The notes under the pieces were generated by a model. That model had not been told where the DNA came from. It saw only the letters and a list, made by a program, of their open reading frames with translations, and made no database searches. Of a stretch of DNA of 64,000 nt, positions 12,721 through 23,777 are shown in pieces. Each line of letters begins with the position of its first letter. Within the stretch, counting starts at the first letter, position 1. Origin of the DNA: Utricularia gibba (lineage: Eukaryota; Plantae; Magnoliophyta). The position numbers and the translations under genes are program-made. The stretch covers positions 1,612,001 through 1,676,000 of the forward strand of contig CM007990.1 in the NCBI GenBank assembly GCA_002189035.1, in the 5' to 3' direction.

Positions 12721-12747
12721 TTTCGAAAATGATCATCATTTTCGAAA
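12721..12747. repeat. Perfect 13-bp inverted repeat with a 1-nt spacer
   Basis: TTTCGAAAATGAT-C-ATCATTTTCGAAA. Confidence 0.9.
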
Positions 12748-15560
12748 ATTGAGTTATTAAGTTTTCGTTACATTTATATTCATTTTCGAAATTATAATAT
12801 TAAAATAATATTAAAATAAATATTATAAACTATATTTTTAAATCATTTATGGAAGTAAATCGGATTTACTCATATTCGTTTCCGGAAAAAATGAAAAACA
12901 AATTTACTCGTTTTCAAAACATTTATTTCATTTCCAAAAATACTATATCAACATTTGCGTAAATGAGAAAAGATGCTATTATGTCGACTTTCCTCATATC
13001 TAGGCTTTTATCATAAATAGCGTACCATCTTAGCTCTATCTTTTCCAAATATATCCAACCAATCATTTTAATAAGCCCTCCCTTATGTTTCATGGAAAAG
13101 TCAGTCAAATGGAAGAATAAATGCATCACAAATGTAAAAGGAACCAAAAATTGATTCTAAGGCATATGGAGCGATCACACAACGTGCTTCAACTCATTAC
13201 ATAGCTCATGGGATGCATATGTGAAAATGAGTTATTTGGATATATTTTATCATTTTGCTTTGTAAAATAGACAATGTTTAGAAAACATTTGTAAACTAAA
13301 TGGTGTTTTAATTTTGATTTGTAAAATAGATGAGGTTTGATTTATATGTTTAAAATTTTAGAAAAATAACATATTTAATTATTTAAAATCAATATTATTA
13401 ATTAAATAATTATATATTATTTTCGTAATATTTTAAAATAATTTAAGCTATTTAATATATATTCAAAAAATTATTTAATGGAAAATAAATTAATATTTCT
13501 GTCAAAAAATTTCGAATAACTGCATAAAAGTGATATATTTAATTTATTTAATATAAAACTAATCTTTAAAAAAGATTACATAAAAATCATCTATTTAAAT
13601 TTAAAATAAATATAAAAAATATCTTATTTGTTTTTTATAATTTATAATCTTATTACATTTGTTTCAAAATTTTTAATTTTATCATATGTGTTTTTAATTA
13701 AAAATTGAAGCATTGGCTAGTTATAATTATTTCATAAGATTCTTTACTAACATCTAAATATATAAAAATTAAATAATTAAATAATTATAACTTAATATTT
13801 TCATAGCATCATCTATTTAACCAATTTTTTTACCAATCTCATATATTTACGAAACAAAATAGAGTAGTACATCTAAAGAGCCTACGCAGTCGACTGCATA
13901 TAGCATGTGTGTAAGGTTATTCATACCCGTTTCTAATAGAGCCAAGAAGTCAACTAGCAGGAAGTATTGCATCTTCCAATTATGAAGCTTTGATGAAAAA
14001 ATTTGAGGTGTGGCCCAAGCTGTTGATTCTAGAGTCACCTTCATAAAACATACTTTCAATGCCTTGATGGTAGTTGTTTTTGAATACATTCTCAATTTTC
14101 CAACCATTTTTTCATGTTTGTTTTATTGCTTCAAGAAAAGCTTTTTCTTACTCACCAATCCAATGATGTGTAGTGATTTCAGATACTATACCAATATTCT
14201 GGAAAATTTTTAAAATTTATTTTAACTTTTTAAAATTATTTTAGAAAAATAGAAATAATTGATAAAAATATAATTAGATTATAAGTGTTTTAGAAAACTG
14301 TAAAAATAATATTTAAAATTAGAAATAACATTTAAAAGTAGCATCTTTCTTACTCTTTTTAAAAATAATTTTTATAGTGTTCAAAATTACTTTTGATAAA
14401 ACTATTTTTATGATTGATACTGCTTTATAATAAAATTATTTTTATTTTTTGAAAAATAGAAATATATTTCAAAAAATTTTCAAAATAATGCTTACATCTC
14501 TTTCACAAAAATATACACAAATGGCAACCAAAATTCTGCAGCATCCACATTATTATTAGAAAAATATGCTATTCGCATATAAAGCAAAACGTTATGAAAG
14601 GTCAAAATTAAAATGAAATGAAGAAAAAATAGAGTAAAAAGGTAACAAATTTCACATATAACAAAATAAAACTAACATGAATATTATTTATGACATCAAA
14701 ATGTATGATATTCACATACATCCTCGTTTGTTTTCTTTTGTAATCCAACCATTGTAAGAAGACAAGGAGGAAAGGAATGAAATCAACTAGGCATTTGACA
14801 AGAATGAAATCAAATATCAAAGTAAGGCACACCTAAGGAGGAATACGAATATGTAGGATTTGAAAAAAGGTGATGAGAGAATAAATAACACATTTAATAT
14901 ACTAGAGTAAAATTACCGTTTTATTATAATGAAAATAAAACTAATCATTTTAAATCATAATTTAATGATCTATCAAAACACATTATGGATCTAACTCTTT
15001 GATAAGGTAATATTGTCCTTTTTCAATTGCCGTTTTTTTGTGACGTTAATTACTAAGTTTTTTTTTTTTCAAGGGATGATATTAATTACAATGTCCTTGA
15101 ATTTTAAATGAGGGAAGGGAAGGACTATCAAGTCACTAGATTACTTATCAGTGCCAACAGATTTTTCAAGATAGATTTATCTCTTTGATAAGGTAATATG
15201 TGTTGAAATTCAGGATATAATGGGTCGATTGAAATAACACATGAATTCTAAATACATAAGAAACGTGGATTACAATATATAAGATTGTATTTAAACGATT
15301 ATTTGTGATTTATAATTTTTTATATATTTCATTATGTCACTTTCATTTTTCGATATAGTATTATGTATTTTAACAATATATCTATTTTTCAATTAATTTG
15401 ATGCTATCATGATTTTCATTAGAAGTAACACCAGCACCCACTCACCAACACAAACATAAAAGCGCAACATATAAATGTAACGAGAAGAACCGTGGAAAGA
15501 AGTAATACAGCAGAGACACACACAGCCCGCGCAGATTCAAATCCTCTCACCAGTAGCAAC

Positions 15561-16368
15561 TCAGTTCTTCGCGGGAGCTTTGAACCTGCTGATGATGAAC
15601 TTCGCGAACTCGACGAGCTCTTCGGTCTGGGGCAAAACATCCATCACCGCGGGTTCGGAGGTGAAATATTGAGCCCATTGGAACAAATTCGGAGTCTTGA
15701 TCTCATCGATGAGCTTCAGACCAGACAGCGCCTCGATGACATCCAACAATTTGAGAAAGCATCCTACCGCAATGTCCAGATATCCGATGGTTTCTCCTCC
15801 GAAGAATTTCTTCCCTTTGCTTATACCCACAAAAGCATTTTCCAACAAAGTAACTCCTTCTGTGGCTCCCTCTACGTTCTTCCTCAACTCCTCTCCTTCC
15901 GTCAGCATGATGCCTCTAACAGATGGAAACCACTACAACAGAGCAAACATCAATGAGCGTGGCAAGTACCACAAAATTAACAAATTCGTACTGTAAATCG
16001 GATTCACACGCACTCCCAGGCATAAGGGCTATTCCAAAATCGTACCTTTTCGTCGATGTAGGAAGCCCAGAAACGGGCAACAGCGCGGTCCTGGGGATGA
16101 GAAGGGAGGATCGGGGTCCCTGGGACCAGGTTTCATCGATGTAGTGAAGAATCACGAGAGATTCAGAGATGGGGACATCGCCGTGGATGAGAACGGGAAT
16201 TTTCTTCGTAACAGGATTGGATTTGAGGAGGAGTTCGCTCTTATCAGGAAAATGTTCCACCAGGAACTCGTACTCCACGGACTTGAGGTGGAGGGCTATG
16301 CATGCCCTCAGTACAAATGGGCTTTGCCTTATACCCAAAAGCTTCACATGTGCCGATTCTGCAGCCAT
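15561..16368 (-). CDS. Tau-class glutathione S-transferase, copy A (one apparent 1-bp deletion in exon 1)
   Basis: Exons 16368-16046 (323 bp; 324 in copy B) and 15932-15561, with a 113-bp GT-AG intron. Motifs [43 protein letters not shown]. The frameshift is at the G4 run 16113-16116, where copy B has G5. Confidence 0.9.
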
Positions 16369-16478
16369 GGAGTTTCAGTTGTGCAAACAAGAGACAGAAA
16401 AAAAAAGACTTGTGACGATATCTCGTTGGTGGGAAGTTGTGTTACCTTGTGCACATTTATATAGCTCTTCAGAAGGTA

Positions 16479-16498
16479 TGACGTATGCAGTGTCGTCA
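16479..16498 (-). promoter_or_regulatory. ocs/as-1-like element, with TATA box at 16456-16463
   Basis: TGACGACACTGCATACGTCA has the same length and half-site spacing as ocs TGACGTAAGCGCTTACGTCA. It lies 15 bp upstream of TATATAAA. Confidence 0.75.
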
Positions 16499-17899
16499 GA
16501 GTAATGAATTTGAATTATTATTAAATGTAATTGTGGTTTGCAACCGCACCATTTTGTGCGTCATTGTATGCATATGTTGGAAATTAAATAATCTTATACT
16601 TTATAATCTTGATGGATGCAAAATTCTATAGGTGCTGCAAATCTATAAGTTTTTCCCATGAAAATAAATTTGTAAGTTTATAATTCCAATTAAAATAGAA
16701 ACATTTCCTAATATAAAATGTTTAACATAATCATGATAATGGATAACAAGTATTTACAATGTATTTTTCAAAATACAAGATTCAAAATAACTTCACTCTT
16801 AGTCTTAAGCTAATCTAATACCACCATATAAAATCGATAATTTAAATTAGATAATAATGCAGAAAGTAATAATCTAAAGTAATGCTTTAAAATAATTTAA
16901 AGTAAAATTTGGTGAACAAACACCAAATTTTAATTTACAATTTGACAATCACAAACTCAAATAACCTAAGTTTACTTGAGTCATTTACTACATTTTGAAT
17001 TACAATACTATATAGTTTCCTAATCCATTTTACGTGTAGATCTACCAATTTATAAAATAAATAAAATTAGTTCTATTTTAGAATATCGCTTTATATGATC
17101 ATTTCAATTCTTTGATTTACTTTCAAATTGAGTTTCTAAGTTGTGCTACTAATTGATCTACCCCTTAAATCTATCTGAAGTATGACAAAACAAATAGTAA
17201 TTATGCAAAAATTATGATCAAAACTAAAACTTTGACTCATAACACCATTGTATATTAAGATATCTCATAAATCTATCAACACATAATAAAAAGTAAAATC
17301 ATTACTTTATAAATTAAAATGAGAATAATATCATAGACATAATTTGAAACAAAATAATAATACTGAATTTTCAATAACATAAAGTTGAATAATGTTAAGA
17401 TTGTTCCCTTAGTTAATGCTTCGGTCTAAGAACAAGAACGCTAATTTGAAGTTTGCTTTTTGGTGTGGAGTTGCATCCTCTTCAAATCTCCTTCTTCATC
17501 CATCATTCTTCCTTGGTTTTCTCTTTCGTTTTTCATAAAAATTCTCTATCCTGAAGAAAATGTCTTTTCATTTTATCCTCCCCATTTTCTAAGATAGTTA
17601 TGATTGTTGATATCTGGAAAAGAGAGTGTCATTTGTTCGCGGTTGGCTAGTGTGCACCTCAACTTGATGCATGTAATTTCAGTTCAATTTATTACTAATC
17701 TTATTAATAATACTCAATTAAATTTTAATAAAACAAGATGAATTCAATTAATGAATTTAGTCCATTTTCACATATAAAATTAAAAATAATATAAACGATA
17801 CCTAAAATAATAAAAACTACACAAAAAAATCTAAATTATAGTAAAATATAATGATTTTGTATTATAAAAATGCTAATAAAATATGCGACATCAGTTTGC

Positions 17900-18870
17900 C
17901 TCTATAGAAGATGGAAGCTAGGAGACATAACTACTTATTGAATGAACAAAATGAAATATGAAGAATTATCTGGCTTGAATGGGAGAAATGTAGACAAGGA
18001 TTTGCCAAGGGGGGATTATGCATCTCGTCTATATGGGGAAAAAATAGATCGCTCTTAACTCTTTGCTAACTGATGATGGAGATTTTCAGCTGAAAAAGAT
18101 GCATTATGAAGGAGCGTCGTAGTCTCAATTACTGAGAAGGAAAGAAGAATGAACATAGATGAAGACCATCTGCAGAAAAAATTATGGTGAAGGATTGTAA
18201 GTGTGAACAAAGAGTGTAGCTATCTTGGACTACATTTGGTATCAAATATGCAATGGAAAGTTAGGAATGGAAAGAAAATTGGATTTTTTTTTAATAGAAG
18301 TAGATATCCACAACTATAATGATTCTAAATCGTAAAGACATCCTTATTTTGCAAGTAAGGAATCTCATCTTCACTATCAATTCATCCCATAAAGTATTGT
18401 TCTCGAGAACATCATTCTCAAGGTGCTTGCTCCTGAAACTCAGATTATTTTCTATTTTCTTGAACAAATTTCTGTATCTTTTATCACTTTCTAATCATAT
18501 AAATCTAAAATTTGAGCTATGTGAAGTTGATGTTAGAAAGAAGAGATTTTTGACAATTCTCTAGCCTCTATCTATTTGAGCAAATTGCACATTATGCCTA
18601 AGGACTTTAGTACAATAAAACTGAGGATATTAAATTTTTGGGTGTCTAAATGTATTCCTATTTAAATGAGGTGTGAAAATATTGAATATTACTAAATACA
18701 TATGCTAGAAAATTGCCAAATATTGAAATAGGGAATTGAATCTGAAATTTCAGTAGCATACCCATGTGAGTTTGGATGCTGGTGTGCTGTTCCGAGGAGG
18801 CCCATTCCAGAATTAGTAAAATCATTTTATAAAAGGGTGTCACACCTGCCTGCTCACATTCGAGATTTGG
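17900..18870 (+). mobile_element. Degenerate L1-type LINE ORF2, 3' region
   Basis: Pieces RIIWLEWEKCRQGFAKGGLCISSIWGKNRSLL, *WRFSAEKDAL*RSVVV and QWKVRNGKKIGFF follow plant L1 post-RT motifs (GGLG, WRF..E..LW, W.VGNG..I.FW). Stops and frameshifts are present. Confidence 0.7.
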
Positions 18871-19067
18871 CCCATTTGATTTTGGAAATTGGTTAATTGA
18901 TTATGTCAAATGAACCTTCAAACCCATACAACTAACACCAATACCCACTCACTGACAGAAACGGAAAAGCCCAACATACAAATGTAACGAGAAGAACCGT
19001 GGAAAGAAGTAATACAGCAGATACAGATACAGCCCGTGCACATTCAAATCCTCTCACCAGTAGCAAC

Positions 19068-19874
19068 TCAGTTCTTCGCGGGAGCTTTGAACCTGCTGAT
19101 GAGGAACTTAGCGAACTCGACGAGCTCCTCGGTCTGGGGCAACAGATCCTTCACCGCGGGTCGGAGGTGAAATATTGAGCCCATTGGAACAAATTCGGAT
19201 TCTTGATCTCGTCGATGAACTTCACACCAGACAGCGCCTCGATAACATCCAACCATTGGAGAAAGCATCCTACCGCAATGTCCAGATATCCGATGGCTTC
19301 TCCCCGAAGAATTTCTTCCCTTTGCTTATACCCACAAAAGCATTTTCCAGTAACGCAACTCCTTCTGTGGCTCCCTCTACGTTCTTCCTCAACTCCTCTC
19401 CCTCTGTCAGCACGATGCCTCTAACAGATGGAAACCACTACAACAGAGGAAACATAAATGAGCTCGGCAAGTACAATTGAATCAACAAATTCGTACTGTA
19501 AATCGGATTCACACGCACTCCCAGGCATAAGGGCTATTCCAAAATCGTACCTTTTCGTCGATGTAGGAAGCCCAGAAACGGGCAACAGCGCGGTCCTGGG
19601 GATGAGAAGGGAGGATCGGGGGTCCCTGGGACCAGGTTTCATCGATGTAGTGAAGAATCACGAGAGATTCAGAGATGGGGACATCGCCGTGGATGAGAAC
19701 GGGAACTTTCTTCATAACAGGATTGGATTTGAGGAGGAGTTCGCTCTTACCAGGAAAATGTTCCTCGAGGAACTCGTACTCCACGGACTTGAGGTTGAGG
19801 GCTATGCGCGCCCTCAGTGCAAATGGGCTCTGCCTTGTGCCCAAAAGCTTCACTTGTGCCGATTCTGCAGCCAT
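19068..19874 (-). CDS. Tau-class glutathione S-transferase, copy B (two apparent 1-bp deletions in exon 2)
   Basis: Exons 19874-19551 (324 bp, intact) and 19437-19068 (370 bp; 372 in copy A), with a 113-bp intron. Frameshifts at the runs 19302-19305 and 19158-19160. No in-frame stops once these are corrected. Confidence 0.9.
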
Positions 19875-20004
19875 GGAGTTTCAGATATGCAAATCAAAGA
19901 CAGAAAACACAAGACTGGTATTCAGGTTTCGTTGGTGGGAAATTGTGTGACCTTGTGCACATTTATATAGAAGCTGCAAATATGCCGGTGGCTTTCAGAG
20001 GGTA

Positions 20005-20024
20005 TGACGTACGCAGTGTCGTCA
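20005..20024 (-). promoter_or_regulatory. ocs/as-1-like element, with TATA box at 19962-19969
   Basis: TGACGACACTGCGTACGTCA, 35 bp upstream of TATATAAA. Confidence 0.75.
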
Positions 20025-21099
20025 GAGTGATGAAATTTGAATTCATATTTCTTTATGGCTCATAACAGCAACCCCACCATTCTGTGCGTCATTGCATGCA
20101 TAAGTTGGAAATTAAATAACTTTATTTAAAATCGTAGACTTTATAATGCAAGTACAAATATTATGAAATACTCCAAGCAGACCGTAGCTTGCAATGTAAA
20201 ATCGCATTTATTCGATTTTTTGCATAATTTTCTCAAAAAAAGGGCAGATGAATACCAATAATAATAATAATGTTGATTTGGTATTCAACCTAAAAGGTCA
20301 TTTCCATCACTTCTTATGAAAACGACTTGAAATTTTCTTTTAAGCCAGAATTTTAAAGTTCATTCTTTCGCTATGAATGGCCAAAAACTGGCCAGAGCAG
20401 ATCCAAAGACATAAAGAAGCATAGAATGGCACCAGCGGAAGCGTATTTTGTTCTTTTTAATGGAGTTTTTGTTGGTTGTTTCCCCTGCTTTGGAATATGA
20501 ATACCAGTTGTGTGGACATGGAGTTTCTTACCTTATCTTATCCTCAACCTTTCTATTTGGTTGTGTTTGTCTACTTTTATTAATTCTAGTTGCTGTTTTT
20601 TATGGTTTGCTTGTGTTTTGTTTTAAACTCATCACTTCTTATATATGGAGTCTTTATTATTGAAGGAGATGTCCAAATATTCCACATTGGTTTTGGAAAA
20701 TCTTAAAATTAGTATTTATATGCAATTAGGGTTATCAAAACTGAGTGTCTTAATTACACACGTATGATTGGAGTCACGTTACAAAAATATTCTTTAAAGT
20801 ATGTGTAATTTACTTGACCCTTTCAATCATGTTTTTAAAAAATTCTTATTACGTCTAAATTATCTTCGTCAAATGAGTTTTATTTTTTTCATCTATTCTA
20901 AATACCTCTGCTAAACGTAATATTTGAATCGCATGATGTGTATTTTCTAGATATAAATAATTTAAATATATTATTAATTAAACTACTCATCAAACAACTT
21001 TTACTCTTTGTTACACAATGGATTAACCTACCCATTAAATCTATGTGATTATTTTGGAACGGGAAAATTGCGCTATAGTTTCCTAGTGTTTGTCTAAAT

Positions 21100-21530
21100 A
21101 ACATAATTAGTCTAACACTGTTTTAATACCCGATGTTTCAAAACCATTCTTAATTAGTCCTCACTTTTTGAAATGCACAAATGCACAATCAATCAGAAAA
21201 AATGAAAACTAATTTTATAAAATTATGAAACAATGGGGATCAAATATATCTGGTTTTTAAATATTAAACATCAATTATAATTGGTATTGAAAATATAGAA
21301 AAATTAAATGATTAAAATTAAAAAGATTGAGGATTAGATATACTCATTACATCAAAATGCAGGGACTAAATATGCCTGGTACATCAGAATATGAGGAATA
21401 AATATGCTGATGGAATCTAATTATGATATTTTTATTAAACATTGGAGACTAATCGTATCAGTTTTAAAAATAGTGGGGATGTATACGGTCGAGTGCACAT
21501 TTTGGAACCGAGTTAGAACGTATCATTGAT
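21100..21530. mobile_element. Possible non-autonomous MULE-like element
   Basis: Repeated TAATTAGTC / GGGACTAAA / GAGACTAAT motifs in opposite orientations, as in Mutator TIR sub-repeats. Termini and TSD not resolved. Confidence 0.25.
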
Positions 21531-22355
21531 ATTTTTGGTAGGTGGAGAAGGGGTTCGAATGATTTAAATAAATCACATTTAGGCAATATTGATTTCATGG
21601 ATTTAATGTTTTAATGATCGATATTATGGAATGCAGTTATTATCTATTGGCGGGGATGAAATTCAGAAAAAAAAAAAAAAAGAAATCATGAAGTGAATTT
21701 GTGCAAGTTGATAAGAAAGTATAATAAACCCATGATTTTGAGGGTAGTTGAGAAGCAATCACACCAAATTTATCAAAGTTTTTCAATTCTTGATGTATCC
21801 ATTTCAGTTTAGCTTCCATCAAACATAGATCATCCGAAAAATGAATAAAATAATATATTATTTGTATATTAAATTATTTTTTTATTCTTCAATCTCTATC
21901 TTTCATACTTTAATCGAAATCACTTCATAAATAATTATATATAAATTAGAATTATTTGAATTTAAGATGAATTACATTTTACCTTGTCTGTATTAATATT
22001 ACTTTTTTGGTGGTTTATTTTTATTTTGGTGTCGCTTTCGGTTTACCATCTTAAGACAACATAGAATGGGATGAGGAGAAACGCACATCCTTCCAAATTT
22101 TGTCGACTAATTTGGGTATTAGGTAAAGTTATGAAGTGAATAGTACGGATGTGGGGTGGTGGAGGTGTCAGTGTGCATTTAACTTTCTTCATGTCATGCT
22201 TAATTATTAAGGTTATTCAAAGTGGCCCACGGGGTTGCTTTAATTGCGCAACGGCCCCAACCCTTTTGAATAAGAATGAGAACGAGAGAGAAAGGTTGTC
22301 ATGATTAGAAGGTGCAGCATCCTCTGACTCTCCCCTTCCAGACTCTCCCAGTTCA

Positions 22356-23009
22356 ATGGACGCCTCAAGAATCCCTCATCTCAATTGGTTCCATCAAGAC
22401 AAGGTCTGACAGAACCTCGTACTTATCTAACTGGGATGGATTGATTGCAGCGCAGCGTCAACCTTTTTTTTGTTTGCTTTGTATCAGAGTATGGAGGAGT
22501 TGAGGGAATCATTTTTACTGACAGTCGAGCTCGAAGAAGTTAAAAGAATGGCTGCTAGGGAGCTGGGGCAAAAGGAGGTGCAGATTTCTCAACTACAGGA
22601 ACTTCTTGGGAAAACAATGGTGGAAAAGGATGAAGCCCAAGAGAACTACCGGAAAATGGCGGCTGAGAACGCTTGGCTCCACCGCCAGCTCCGGTATTCC
22701 AGCCGCCGAGAAGAACCCAGATCGGGGATCGAGTCAAATTCGTCGCCGGAATCCGATGACAGCATCACGTCCTTGCCGGTGACTGCGGAGAGGCCGTTGC
22801 CGGAAAAGGGGAAGCTTCTAGAGGCGGTGATGAAAGCAGGTCCACTATTACAGACACTGCTCCTCGCCGGCCCTCTGCCGCAGTGGCGTCACCCACCGCC
22901 GCCGTTAGACGCTCATCAGATTCCTCCGCCGCCCGTGATTTTGCCGAAGCAGCAACAGCTTCACTGCAGCTTAAGGAATAGATCTTTCCCGGAAGCTTCT
23001 GATGAGTAG
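22356..23009 (+). CDS. DUF1635 family protein, 189 aa as read
   Basis: Exons 22356-22403 (MDASRIPHLNWFHQDK) and 22488-23009, GT-AG. Contains a coiled-coil region and the family motif PLPEKGKLLEAVMKAGPLLQTLLLAGPLPQWRHPPPPLD. Confidence 0.9.
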
Positions 23010-23777
23010 CTCCACGGAATCCATCAACCGTACCTGGTTTCTGATACTACATTCGCAGCTTCTGGGAAGATCAGGTGAAGATCGAGGGGCTTAGGAAAGC
23101 AAAGCTTCGAACAGATAAAAGCGATTCATAATCTTATACAGTGGAAGTGTATCTGGTCAGAGGTTCTGTTACTGTTACTGCTGCTGCGGTTGGAGTGTCA
23201 CTTTCCAAGGACAAAAACAGTCATCGCATTTTGACTCTCAGTAGATTTGCTTTCTTTTGGTTAGATCTTGTGATCGTGCATTGAGGGTTTAAAAGAATGT
23301 GGGGATGGATACTCCATAAATTCAAACCCAACTAAAATCCAAATGGTTCCACAGAAGACGGTCCACATAACCCCCGGAAATCCAGAAAGACGGACAAAAA
23401 GCACAAAATAGCAATATGAACGCCCAAGTTCCAGTTTTCATGCTCACTAAGCCGTTTTCAGTAGCCCACAATTGGTCAGTCAAAGCACATGAAAGCTCAC
23501 CAGTCCAACAAGCAGAACAATTATATTTTACACAGATCACTTCTATTGGCGCCAGTAGCAGCCTCTTTTGCTTTCTTGCCTCTTTGTGTAACCAATGTAT
23601 TATAAACAACATAAGCCCTTTGCTGAAGGAGCACATTGACAATCTTTAGAATCATGATTCAATGCATTGACAATGCCACTTCTCAATAGGAAAAACCAAG
23701 GATGTGAGAAAAGTCTTCGCTTGGCATGTGGGAGCACTTTGGCACTTTTGACAAGTTAAGAGATTGTTTTTACCTTC

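Noticed and set aside
13860-14190. Possible RNase H-like retroelement relic on the minus strand
   Set aside because: Only faint resemblance (EGDS-like) across broken frames.
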